Shown piece after piece: positions 1-10,816 of a DNA stretch of 64,000 nt. The position numbers were made by a program, and so were the translations under genes. Position 1 is the first letter of the stretch. Every line of letters starts with the position of its first letter. This DNA comes from Mobula hypostoma. Its lineage: Eukaryota. Under the pieces are notes generated by a model. The model was not told the DNA's origin. It did no database searches and was given only the letters and a program-made list of their open reading frames with translations. The DNA lies in the NCBI RefSeq assembly GCF_963921235.1, contig NC_086108.1, positions 33,482,001 to 33,546,000 of the forward strand. Reading direction: 5' to 3'.

Positions 1-279
1 TGTCTCTTCCCCATAATCTTTAACCCCCACCCCCACTTCCCTGCCAATCTGGCTTACATAAACCCAATGTCTGTTCTCCATAGTTTTTTTGTTGCAATGA
101 ATTCCTCAACTTCACCACCCTCTGGCTGAAGAAATTACTCCTCATCTCAGTTTGAAGAAACAAATAATTTGCTTGTTTATTGATTTAGTTTATATTTTGA
201 ATTATTACTTAATCTGAAGCACCCACCTAACAATTTAATTATCTATGTCTATGAAACCTAATTTTTTTTAGCCTTGAAT

Positions 280-1320
280 ACTACTAAAAGTTCAGTATAT
301 AGAAAGTATTTTGTTCTAAACATTTCAGGCACGAAGTAGATGACCTCACATATGCCCAAGTCAAAAGCCTTCCAAGATGGTTTCTCCCATTCACTCAGTT
401 CATGGCTATAACTGTAATTTATTACTTCAATCAACACTGCTAAAAATGCTGGCTTATCTTTGCATCTCTGGCAAACCTGGAGATACAACTCTTCTTCCTA
501 TTGTTGACATCAATTACCTGGACTCTGTAAACTCCCGCTCATTCCTCACCACACTTTATTTTACTTGTGCATGAGGAGAACAGCATGGTCCCTGTCACCC
601 ACACTGTTCTCAAGTCTGAACAGAGAAATAAATGCCATTTTTATACAGAATTGATCAATTGGTAAACTATGTATCTTTGAATTCCTTACTTGCAAGATCT
701 GTCAACATTCACAATACAGGTGTTAAAAGTCAATAGAAACTACAAGATGATAACCGATTATACTTTGAAATTGGTACAGCAATTGTCCCTTAGTTGGTGT
801 GTGTGTATTTTGCATCTTTCTTCTACATTCTTATCTCATCTAGGGTGAGCGAAATGCCTCTGGTAACCTAGTATATAAAGGGAAGCTACACTCTTCAAAG
901 ACTTTTCTTGCTTGTGTTGTCCAACTTTTTCTGCAACCTATCCTTGCCTGAATATTATGTTCACCTTTGCCTTCCCGCAACTTCCAGACTATCATCCCAA
1001 TCACTTCAAAGTACACTGTCAACACAGTTAATTCTCAGATTCCACTAGTCACACTCTAGCAGTTTGTGTTGTTGCCAGTAAACCCCTCCTCTCTGTCTCT
1101 TGCATTTCAGCAAATTTTCTGTCTGGACCAATTAGGTTGCCTTCATTTCCATGGTCTCAGGTACTGACTTCTTAGGAGCGACTTTTTCAAATCACTTCAA
1201 GAAGTCCATATGAAGCGTCCCCTGTCCATCACTTTAGCCAGCTCTTCATATATTTCTGTTGATCCTGCTGGACACGACCTGCTCTTCACAATTCAATCTT
1301 GTCTCCTTTTATCAACTGAA
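280..1320 (-). mobile_element. Ancient, highly decayed CR1-like LINE RT remnant
   Basis: The minus strand near 1100-1270 reads as broken RT-like peptides (EIYEELAKVMDRG..MDF..FEKV) resembling the CR1 'EFFEEVT..VD.G..VYLDF.KAFDKV' region. No intact ORF. Confidence 0.45.
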
Positions 1321-1329
1321 AAGCTTGAA

Positions 1330-1790
1330 GTTGATCAAAGTATGTATATTATACACAACCTTGAGATTCATCTTCTTGCGGGCAGCCACAAAAACAAAGA
1401 CACCCACCAGAACCCATTAAAAAAGACCGACAAGCACCCAATGTGCAAAAAAAAGAACAAATCGTGCAAACAAGAAAAGGTGTTTATTTGTTTAAATAAC
1501 ATGCAGAACTAAAGAGAGTCCACAGTCACAAAGCCAGTTCATCACTGCAGCCGGTCCAGGAGCCCGCTGGTTACAGGTCACAGATTCAGCTCAGTGCAGA
1601 GATGAATAATCCTTGCAAAGCAGTGAGATGAACACTGGCCCACCCCTCATCTCCAGCCCCAACACCCCAACCTTTTCAATCCGGCCCGGTACCTAAATTG
1701 GGCAAACATCGGCTGGTTCCTCACACTTGGGCCCAGAGCCCAGTGCCTGGATTCAGTTTGTACCCAATCTTTTCAATCTGGCCCAGGATT
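1330..1790 (-). mobile_element. Non-autonomous retroposon fragment with a Rex/Babar-like 3' end
   Basis: The end near 1340-1390 (caaccttgagattcatcttcttgcgggc) resembles the 3' end of the Rex-like copy near 21000. The body is non-coding. Confidence 0.35.
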
Positions 1791-2129
1791 AATTATAAAT
1801 TAATGATTTCTACACAGCTGTCAGCCTATCCAGTTTGTATTTTCCAGGTTAAGAAATGCTATATTTGGCATTCTCATTAACTGTACAGTGTAAGTTCTCT
1901 GGGGTAGAAACATCCCCTGGGTTTGTGACATTAAATGAGTGCAAAAATGCCATCAATTAAGAAGAATTTTGGAAAGGGCTACAAAAATCCCCACTTAGTG
2001 GTAGCACTAAAGATGTTTTTCTCCCCGGTGTTTCTTAGTATTATAACCTGTGCATCATACATCAGCGACTTAAATATTCTTACAACCACATTTACTTACA
2101 TCAAACACAATTCTCCAAGGTACATAAAA

Positions 2130-2890
2130 CATTGAACACAGAATAGTACAGCATACGCACAGGCCCTTCGGCCCACTATGTTGTGCCAAACCAATTAAAT
2201 TGGCAAGCAAATGACCAACTAAGCTAATGCTTCTGCCTACACAATGTGCAAATCCTTCCATTCCCCTCACCTTCATATGCCCATCCAACTGTCTCTTAAA
2301 AATCACTAACGTATGTGCCCATACCACCTCTGCAGGCAGTGCAATCCAGGCAGCAACCACACTCTGTAAAAGACTTGCCCCTCACATCTCCTTTGAACTT
2401 ACTCCCTCTTACCTTCAACGCATGCCCTCTGGTATTTGACATTTCAACCCTGGGGAACAGACACTCTCTATCCACCCTATCTATGCATCTCATAATCTTA
2501 TAAACCTTTTTCAGATCTCACCTCAGCTTCTGCCACTCCAAAGAAAACCACCCAAGTTTGTCCACTCTCTCGTTATAGCACGTGCCCTCTAATACAGCCA
2601 GCATCCTGGTAAACCACTTCTGCACCTTGTCCAAAGCTTTGACATCTTCACTAAAATGGAGCGACCAGAACTGTGTGCTGAACCCTGCTTGCTGCCCAAT
2701 TAGGGTTTAATAAAGCTGCAACATAACTTCCTGACTTTTGAACTGAATGCCTTGACTAATAAAGGCCAGTGTGCCATATGCCTTCTTAACCGGACTACCA
2801 ACCTGTGCAGCCACTTTCAGGGAGCGATGATCTCAGAGGACAAGATCCCTTTGCTCATCAACACTGACAAGGATCTTGCCTTAACAGGGG
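2130..2890 (-). mobile_element. CR1 LINE 3' fragment
   Basis: Minus ORFs encode CR1 ORF2 C-terminal motifs (TRGHALKVRGSKFKGDVRGK), followed by a typical CR1 3' UTR. Confidence 0.85.
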
Positions 2891-3502
2891 CTAAGTGGGT
2901 AACAGGTAACTGGATACCTGAGTATAACTATCATGAGGAAGTTGGAAGGAGCACCTAGCCACACAGAGTTCAGTCTCTTTACCCCTCCCTTGCCTTCACA
3001 ACTTCCACCAGGATAGCCCACTTCCTCTTAACTTACATGAACCAGCTGACCTGGGCAGTGAAGCCACCAGACTGCACTGTCACACCGCACTTGATGCAAA
3101 ACGGCAAGCAGCCAAATGATACAATCCTGATTGCTTCAGATTCCGCCACCTAGTAAATGGTTTGGTACACCTACCTTCTGTTATGTAATATTGACCCTGA
3201 AACCTATTTCTCATCCCGAGAAGAAGTAATTTGTTAATAAATGTCACTATCTGTCATTTCATTTATTATTGTTAAATTACTCATAGTCTTGCAATAAAGC
3301 TTGAAGGGTATGATTTATGGCAAATACACAGCATTCAGCACAACAGCAGAATTTTTAAGATATTTCTGTTGAAATAATTTTATTCCTCAAAGCATTTAAA
3401 TACGTTGAAGTTACTTTAATCAATGTTTGCCAGTTCTAAACTTGCTGACAATTCTTCATCTCTCTCAAGATTCTTTTCATTCAAAAAGATATTCCTGACT
3501 AT

Positions 3503-4165
3503 GAACAACACACACGAAATGCTGGAAGAAGCATCGATGAGAAGGAATAAACTGTCGATGATTTGGGCTGAAACCCTTCATCAGGACTGGAAAGGAAGGG
3601 GGAAGAAGCCAAAATAAGAATGTTGGGGGGGAGGGGGAGGGGGAAGGAGGGCAAGCTAGAGGGTGATAGGTGAAGACAGGTGGGTGGGGGAAGAGAGGTT
3701 GAAGTAAGAAGCTTGGAGGTGATAGGTGGAAAAGATAAAGGGCTGGAGAAGAAAGAGAGTGGAGCATGGGAGAAAGGAAAGAGGAGGAGCACCATGGAGG
3801 TGATAGACAGGTGAGGAGATGAGGTAAGAGGGGAACCAGAGTGCAGGATTAAAGAAGAGGGAAAAGGAGGGTGAAGATGACCAGAAATAGGAGAAAACCT
3901 TATTCTGGGAACGAATGTGGTGGAGGTGAAGGAACTGAGAAAAGGGAATGGTATTTTCACAGGAGACAGGGTGGGAAAAGGTATAGCAAAGATTGCTGTG
4001 AGAGTCAGTAGGTTCATAAAAGATACCAGTAGACAGTTTGTCCCCAGATATCAAGGAAAGTGTCTGAAATGGACCAAGTGAACTTAAGGGTAGGGTGGAA
4101 GTTGGAGACGAAACTAATGAAATTGACGAGGTTGGCATGATGAAGGAAGCAGCACCAATGTGTTA
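3503..4165 (-). mobile_element. Penelope-like element fragment (internally deleted, decayed)
   Basis: The peptide FYEPTDSHSNLCYTFSHPVSCENTIPFSQF matches the PLE at 10817-13625. It has the same purine-rich 3' region and a degenerate hammerhead near 3553-3590. Confidence 0.85.
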
Positions 4166-5069
4166 TCCTTGTCTGTGGCTCATTGAAGGTTAAATGTTGA
4201 GCACAATGCCTGGGATAATTCTTCACCACAATTTTTTTCAAATAATTTGCTGTATTTGTGTCCAGCTGAGAGAACAGACAAGAAGACCTTGATGTAATTT
4301 ACTACCCAAAATTTGTAACTTCCACAAATGCACAATTCCTTTGGTACTGCACGGTAGAGCAGTGTGGATATTTGTGTTCAAGCAGATCAGAAGCCCAAGA
4401 CCTCCAAGCCAAGGAGTGAGAGAGTGACACCACTGAGCTATAGGGGATACTTCAAGGGGGAACGGGACTTGAATGGACCAAACAGGTTAGAAAACCAACA
4501 TGTCCAAAGGTCTAAGCCCAAGTTACTTACTCAGTTATAACTCCATGGGTCAGCCTTGATGCCACAATTTTACTTCCTGACATTTACTAACTCAAGTGAT
4601 TTGCTGGTTAATTTGATCTGAAACAATTTTAGTTCACTCAAAGAGACATTTTAGTGCCAAAAATCTTACTGCGCTTTTCGTGTACAAACTGGAATGTCAC
4701 ATTGGAGGCTGGAATTTCACAATGGGACAAAATGACATGAAATGAAGGTTAGGTTTATAAGATTAGCTTTAATTGTCACATATACAGTAGAGTGCCCAAT
4801 ACTTTTGCACCATACAGTAGTAATTTTATGTATTGCACTGTACTGCTGCTGCAAAAAAAATCAAAATAAACTTCATGACATAGGCGAGTGATGATAACCC
4901 CCCTGACCCTGGCACTTCTTCTTTGCCATCTGTCCCACACCCCTCCCATGGCACTCCACCTTCGCCATTCCTAACATCCTTTGTTCCCACCAGATTTACA
5001 AACACGCTCACAAATACAGCACTGTGCAGAAGTCTTATGCACCGTTGCTCTCTCTCTCTCTATATATAT

Positions 5070-6020
5070 AGACCATAAGACCATAAGACAAAGGAGCAGA
5101 AGTCGGCCATTCAGCCCATCGAGTCTGCTCTGCCATTTTATCATGAGATGATCCATTCTCCCATTTAGTCCCACTCCCCTTCTCACCATAACCTTTGATG
5201 CCCTGGCTACTCAGATACCTATCAATCTCTGCCTTAAATACACCCAATGACTTGGCCTCCACTGCTGCCTGTGGCAACAAATTCCAAAGATTCACCACCC
5301 TCTGACAAAAAAAATTTCTTCGCATTTCTGTTCTGAATGGGTGCCCTTCAATCCTTAAGTCATGCCCTCTCGCACTAGAATTCCCCCATCATGGGAAACA
5401 TCTTTGCCACATCCACTCTGTCCATGCCTTTCAACATTCGAAATGTTTCTATGAGGTCTCCCCTCATTCTTCTAAACTCCAAGGAATACAGTCCAAGAGT
5501 GGACAAACGTTCCTCATATGTTAACCCTCTCATTCCCGGAATCATTCTAGTGAATCTTCTCTGTACCCTCTCCAACGTCAGCACATCTTTTCTTAAATAA
5601 GGAGACCAAAACTGCCCACAGTACTCCAAGTGAGGTCTCACCAGCGCCTTATAGAGCCTCAACATCACATCCCTGCTTCTATACTCTATTCCTCTAGAAA
5701 TGAATGCCAACATTGCATTCGTCTTCTTCACTACTGACTCAACCTGGAAGTTATCTTTAAGGGTATCCTGCACGAGGACTCCCAAGTCCCGTTGTATCTC
5801 AGAACTTTGAATTCTTTCCCCATTTAAATAATAGTCTGCCCATTTATTTTTTCTGCCAAAGTGCATAACCATACACTTTCCAACATTGTACTTCATTTGC
5901 CACTTCTCTGCCCACTCTTCCAATCTATCCGTCTCTCTACAGACTCTCTGTTTCCTCAGCACTACCGGCCCCTCCACCTATCTTCGTATAGTCAGCAAAC
6001 TTAGCCACAAAGCCATCTAT
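5070..6020 (-). mobile_element. CR1 LINE 3' part
   Basis: ORF 5375-5977 (WAEKWQMKYNVGKC..LYKALVRPHLEYC..RGDLIE) and ORF 5035-5325, ending in a short tandem-repeat tail near 5070. Confidence 0.92.
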
Positions 6021-6044
6021 TCCACGTCAGCGAACTTAGCCACA

Positions 6045-7790
6045 AAGCCATATAGATGGCAAATGCAATCTCAAAGGCTCTTCACATGGTCTTAGACCAC
6101 ATAAACACTTACGAGAGATGATTGATAAGTTTGTGGCCTAAGGTAGAAGGAGTCAATTTTAGAAAACGTAGCACATTTATTTTTCAACATAGTCCCCTCC
6201 TACATTAACACACTTAGTCCAGCGGTCGTGGAGCATACGGATCTTGGACCTCCAGAAAATGCCCACAGCGGTGATTGATAAGTTCGTGGCCTAAGGTAGA
6301 AGGAGATGAATTATTAACTTCAAACTTTCTGCATAATCACTGAAAGAGTTGAACTGCATGTGCGTGTAACGAGAGCTGTATAACTCATTTCCTTCTACCA
6401 TAGGCCACAAACTTATCAACCACCTATCTGTGGACACTTTCTGGAGGTCCAAGATCTGTATGTTCCACGACTGCTGGACTAAGTGTGTAAATGTAGGAGA
6501 GGACTATGTTGAAAAATAAATGTGCTAGGTTTTCTAAAATTAACTCTTTCTACCTTAGGCCACGAACTTATCAATCACCCCTTGTATGTCAGGATGCTGT
6601 TCATCGCCTATAGTTCAGCATTTAACACTATCATTCACACAATCCTGATTGAGAAGTTACAGAATCTGGGCCTCCGTATCTCCCTCTGCAATTGTATCCT
6701 CGACTTCATAACCGGACAAACACAATCTGTGTGGATTGGTGATAACATATCCTCCTCGCTGACGATCATCACTGGTGCAACTCGGGTGTGTGCTTTGCCC
6801 ACTGTTCTGCTCTCTGTATACACATGACTGTGTGGCTAGGCATAGTTCAAATATCATCTATAGATTTACTGATGATGCAACCATTGTTGGTAGAATCTCA
6901 GATGGAGACGAGAGGGCGTACAGGAGCGAGATATACCAAATGATGGAGTGATGCCACAGCAACAAGCTGGCACTCAACGTCAGTAAGACGAAAGAGCTGA
7001 TTGTGGACTTCAGGAAGGGTAAGAGGAAGGAACCATACCAATCCTCATAGAGGGATCAGAAGTGGAGAAAGTGAGTAGTTTCAATTTCCTAGGTGTCAAG
7101 ATTTCTGAGGACCTAACCTGATCCCAATATATCGATGCAGTAATAAAGGCAAGACAGCGACTATAATTCATTAGGAGTTTGAAGAGATTTGGTATGTCAA
7201 CAAATATAATCAAAAATTTCTATAGATGTACCATGGAGAGCATTCTGACAGGCTGCATTACTGTCTGGTATGGAGGGGCTACTGCACAGGACTGAAATAA
7301 GCTGCAGAGGGTTGCAAGTTTAGTCATCGGCTCCATCTGGGGTACTAGCCTACAAATTACCCAGGACATCTTCAGGAAGCAGTGTCTCAGGAAGGCAGTG
7401 TCCATTATTAAGGACCTCCAGCACCCAGGACATGCCCTTTTCTCACTGTTATCATCAGGTAGGAGGTACAGAAGCCTGAAGGCACACACTCAGCGACTCA
7501 GGAACAGCTTCTTCCCCTCTGCCATCCGTTTCCTAAATGGACATTGAACCCGTGAACATTACCTCACTTTTTTAATATACAATTTATTTCTGTTTTTTGC
7601 ATGATTTTAATCTATTCAATATACATATACAGTAAATTGATTTACTTATTTATTTACTATTATTATATTTTTTCTCTTCCTCGTCTTCTTTTTCTTCTTC
7701 TTCTATATTATGTATTGCATTGAACTGCTGCTGCTAAGTTAACAAATTTCATGACACATGCCAGTGATGATAGACCTGATTCTGATATAT
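6045..7790 (+). mobile_element. Rex1/Babar-type LINE RT 3' part, interrupted by a MITE
   Basis: RT motif [16 protein letters not shown] and downstream Rex-type C-terminal sequence, with a gattctga tail near 7778. Removing 6112-6586 restores the N-T-Y-V-R-M reading. Confidence 0.85.
6112..6584. mobile_element. Tc1/mariner-type palindromic MITE
   Basis: TA dinucleotides at 6110-6111 and 6585-6586. ~200-bp inverted arms begin cgagagatgattgataagtttgtggcctaaggtagaa and end ttctaccttaggccacgaacttatcaatcaccccttg. No ORF. Confidence 0.9.
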
Positions 7791-7989
7791 GTACCTATAC
7801 ATATTTACAATGGAAGATACAGGGCTGTTCTGTGTCAATGACGAACACAGTCTGACGATTACTCTGGGCCTAGCCTGCTAGATCCACCACACTTCCAGCA
7901 TCAACATAGCATGCCCACAACTCACTAACCCTATCGGTACATCTCAGGACTGTGGGAGGGTAATGAAGCACCTGGAGGAAACCTATGAG

Positions 7990-8954
7990 TGTCATAAGGG
8001 AGTGGCTGGGAACGGACACAAGTGCAAGACACAGACACTGAAGTACTAGGGACAGGACTAGGATACAGGGTGAGGGTTAGGACATGGACACGAAAACCAG
8101 GAACCCGGAACAGGACTGGACAAGAGAGCTAGGAGCCCGGGCTTGGACTCCGAGCCAGAGACTGGACAAGGACCCAGAACCTGGGTCTTGCCTCTGGCTC
8201 AGACCCCAGAACTAGACAAGGACGTGACTTGGCTGGCAGGCAGGACGAGGCTGGAGATCAGAGACTCAAGGCGAGTCTGGAGACCAGAGACTCGAGGCGA
8301 GGCTGGAGACCAGAGACTCGAGGTGAGGCTGGAGACCAGAGACTCGAGGTGAGGCTGGAGACCAGAGACTCGAGGCTTGGGGTCTTGAAGATCCTGTTGG
8401 GCAGGGCACGGTACTCCACCCAATGGAGGCAAGGGACAGAACCGACTGCAGGGTAATGGCAATACGGCCTCGCTTACCCGACAGAGGCAACGGACAGGAA
8501 GGGACAGAACCAACTGTAGGTAACGGCAAGATGGCCTGGCTTACCTGGCAGAGGCAAAGGACAGGAAGGGAGCTGGGTACAGGGTGGCTCCAGGACAAGA
8601 CTGCAGGCGAGACGAGGCGAGAGTTACCAGCAAGACAAGGCAAGGCTTCAGGCAATGCAAGGTGAGACAAGAACTTCAGGTGAGGCGAGAGTTACCGGCA
8701 AGACAAGGCAAGGCAAGGCTTCAGGTGAGGAAACAGAAGACAGGGGAAGGGATACAAGGAGTAAGGACAAGAACAATTCAGCAGCCACACCCTGGTTTCT
8801 GGAGATATTTTATGCGGCCAGCCCCAACGAGAAGCAGCTGCCTCAATTAGTGCTCAAACAGGAACAGAAACAGGGTAGACAGGAAAACCTGGAGCAAGGG
8901 TCAATGGACCGAACCGTGAACCGGAATACGGACTTCACAGACCGGACCATGTCA
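7990..8954 (-). mobile_element. Solo LTR of an LTR retrotransposon
   Basis: TG...CA termini (tgtcat...atgtca) and a perfect 5-bp TSD ATGAG at 7985-7989 and 8955-8959. Its reverse complement start is homologous to the LTR starting at 31540. Confidence 0.9.
8248..8377 (+). repeat. 26-bp tandem repeat (5 units) inside the solo LTR
   Basis: Unit gaggctggagaccagagactcgaggy, repeated five times. Confidence 0.9.
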
Positions 8955-9664
8955 ATGAGATAGTGGGGAGTATGTATAGACTCCTTACAGACAGGGGTGG
9001 GAATCAAACTCTTATCAATGATCACCGGTGCTGTAAAGCAATTGCACTAAACTCTATTCTATCGTGCTACCCCAGATTAGTAATCAATCTAGCCTGTAGT
9101 TCTGAAATAGAAAGGTTTTAACACTTTTAACGACTTATCATGTGCCACCAATATATTCTTGTTCCTCAGAAGATTTCACTTGGCCAATTTATTTTTTGGA
9201 TGATGAGCCAGGAATTCATCTGTTCAGCGATCTGTCCTCCAGTCGAAGATTGCCTTTGAAATCCGAATCCGTGAAGAGGTGTAGTTTTGCAGAGAGCTGT
9301 AGTTCAAAGTTCAAAGTAAGTACATGGAGAATTGTGATCACTTTGGTGCAGGCTGCTCAAAAAGGTTTTTCAATTTAGAGTGGCTGGAGCACTGCAGGCC
9401 AGAAAGACACAAAATTTCCTGGGTCCTACATTGCAGGAGGCAGTTAGCCCAATCACAGAAACATAGATCATTGGTATAAAGAGATGAGGAATGGGAGATG
9501 CCTACATTTCTTGAGGTGCAATGGGAGAGGTGCTTCTGGAATGAGGAGATTAATTGTTCATGTGAGAATGAACGACCAAGCAAAAAGGTAGCATGCAAAT
9601 CCTGCATTGCCACTCTCAGGGGATGTGAGTAATTTATATAAAAAAAACAGAAGTTTAAACATCA

Positions 9665-10816
9665 AAACATGGTATATCAAGTCTGCTCCAACATCCAATC
9701 ATGTCTGATTTATTATCCCTCTCAACCTTATTCTCCCACCTTTGCCCCATAAGCTTTTGATGCCCTACTAATCAAGAACCTATTAAACTCCACTTTAAAT
9801 ATTCCTAATAACTTGTCTCCAGAGCAATGAATCCACAGGTTCATCACCTTCTGGCTAAAGAAGTTCCTTCTCATCTCTGTTCTAAAACACATCCTTCTAT
9901 TCTCAGGCTATGCCCTCTGGTCCTAGCTTCCCCCACTATAGGGAACATCCTCTGCATGTCCACTCTACCTAGGCCTTTCAATGTTCAATAGGCTTCAAAG
10001 AGATCCTCCTTCATTCTACTAAACTCCAATAAGTACAGGATCAGAGCCATCAAATACTCCTCTTACATTAACCTTTTCATTCCTAGATCATACCTGTGAA
10101 CCTCTCCGGACCCTCTCCAGTGCTAGCACATCCTTTCTTAGAAAAAGGGCCCAGAATTGCTCACAATACTACAAGTAGGGTCTGACCAATGCCTTATAAA
10201 GTCTCAGCATTACTCCTTGTTTTACATTCTCTGCATCCTGAAATGAATGTCAACATTGCATTTGCCCTCATTACTATCGAGGTAACCTGTAAATTAAACT
10301 TGAGAGAATCCTGCACAAAGACTCCCAAGTCCCTTTCAACGTCTAGTCTCAAGGATTTTCTGCCCAATTATAAAATAGTCTATGCCTTTACTCCTTCTAT
10401 CAAAGTGCATGATCATATACTTCCCTACACTATTTTCCATCTACCACTTCTTTGCCCATTCTCCTAATCTTTCTAAGCCCTTCTGCAAACATCCTGCTTC
10501 CTCAACACTACCTGCCCCTCCACATATCTTTATATTGTCTGTAAACTTGGTCACAAAGCCATCCATTCTGTCCTCCAAATAATTGACATATGATGTGAAA
10601 ACAAGCAGTCCCTACACCAAACCCTGAGGAACATCACTAGTCACTGGTAGCCAACCAGAAAAGGCCCCCTTTATTCACTCTTTGCCACCTGCCAGTCAGC
10701 CAATCTTCTATCCATGCTAGTTTCTGCTCTGTAATACCATGGGCTCTAGTTTAGCAGCCTCATCTGCAGCACCTTGTCAAAAGCCTTCTGAAAATCCATG
10801 TAAACAACAACCACTG
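9665..10816 (-). mobile_element. CR1 LINE, 3' part (continues at 13626-15260)
   Basis: Decayed CR1 RT and 3' UTR on the minus strand. The sequence resumes seamlessly after the PLE insertion. Confidence 0.85.

Larger units (their letters stand above)
7800..9073 (-). mobile_element. tRNA-type SINE split by a solo LTR
   Basis: SINE body (aacatagcatgcccacaactcactaaccc..gaagcacctggaggaaacc) lies before 7990 and continues after 8959 (..ccttacagacaggggtgggaatcaaac..). Homologous to the copies at 15530-17925 and 18610-18890. Confidence 0.75.

Noticed and set aside
3037..3149. Possible minus-strand exon and CTCF-like motif near 3140-3155
   Set aside because: The peptide is unrecognisable and the motif match is only partial. 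Not supportable from sequence alone.
3553..3590. Additional hammerhead copies here and near 23157, 30115, 48796 and 58690 as functional ribozymes
   Set aside because: The GAAAC or GUC core is mutated, or stem II is deleted. They are kept only as positional markers.
8143..8963. Several 70-135 aa ORFs in the 8-9 kb region
   Set aside because: By-products of tandem repeats within a solo LTR.
9170..9315. Possible internal exon (ttcctcAG ... GTAAGT) with one open frame
   Set aside because: No recognisable protein and no phase-compatible partner exon. The donor overlaps an aagttcaaagt motif typical of retroposon tails here.
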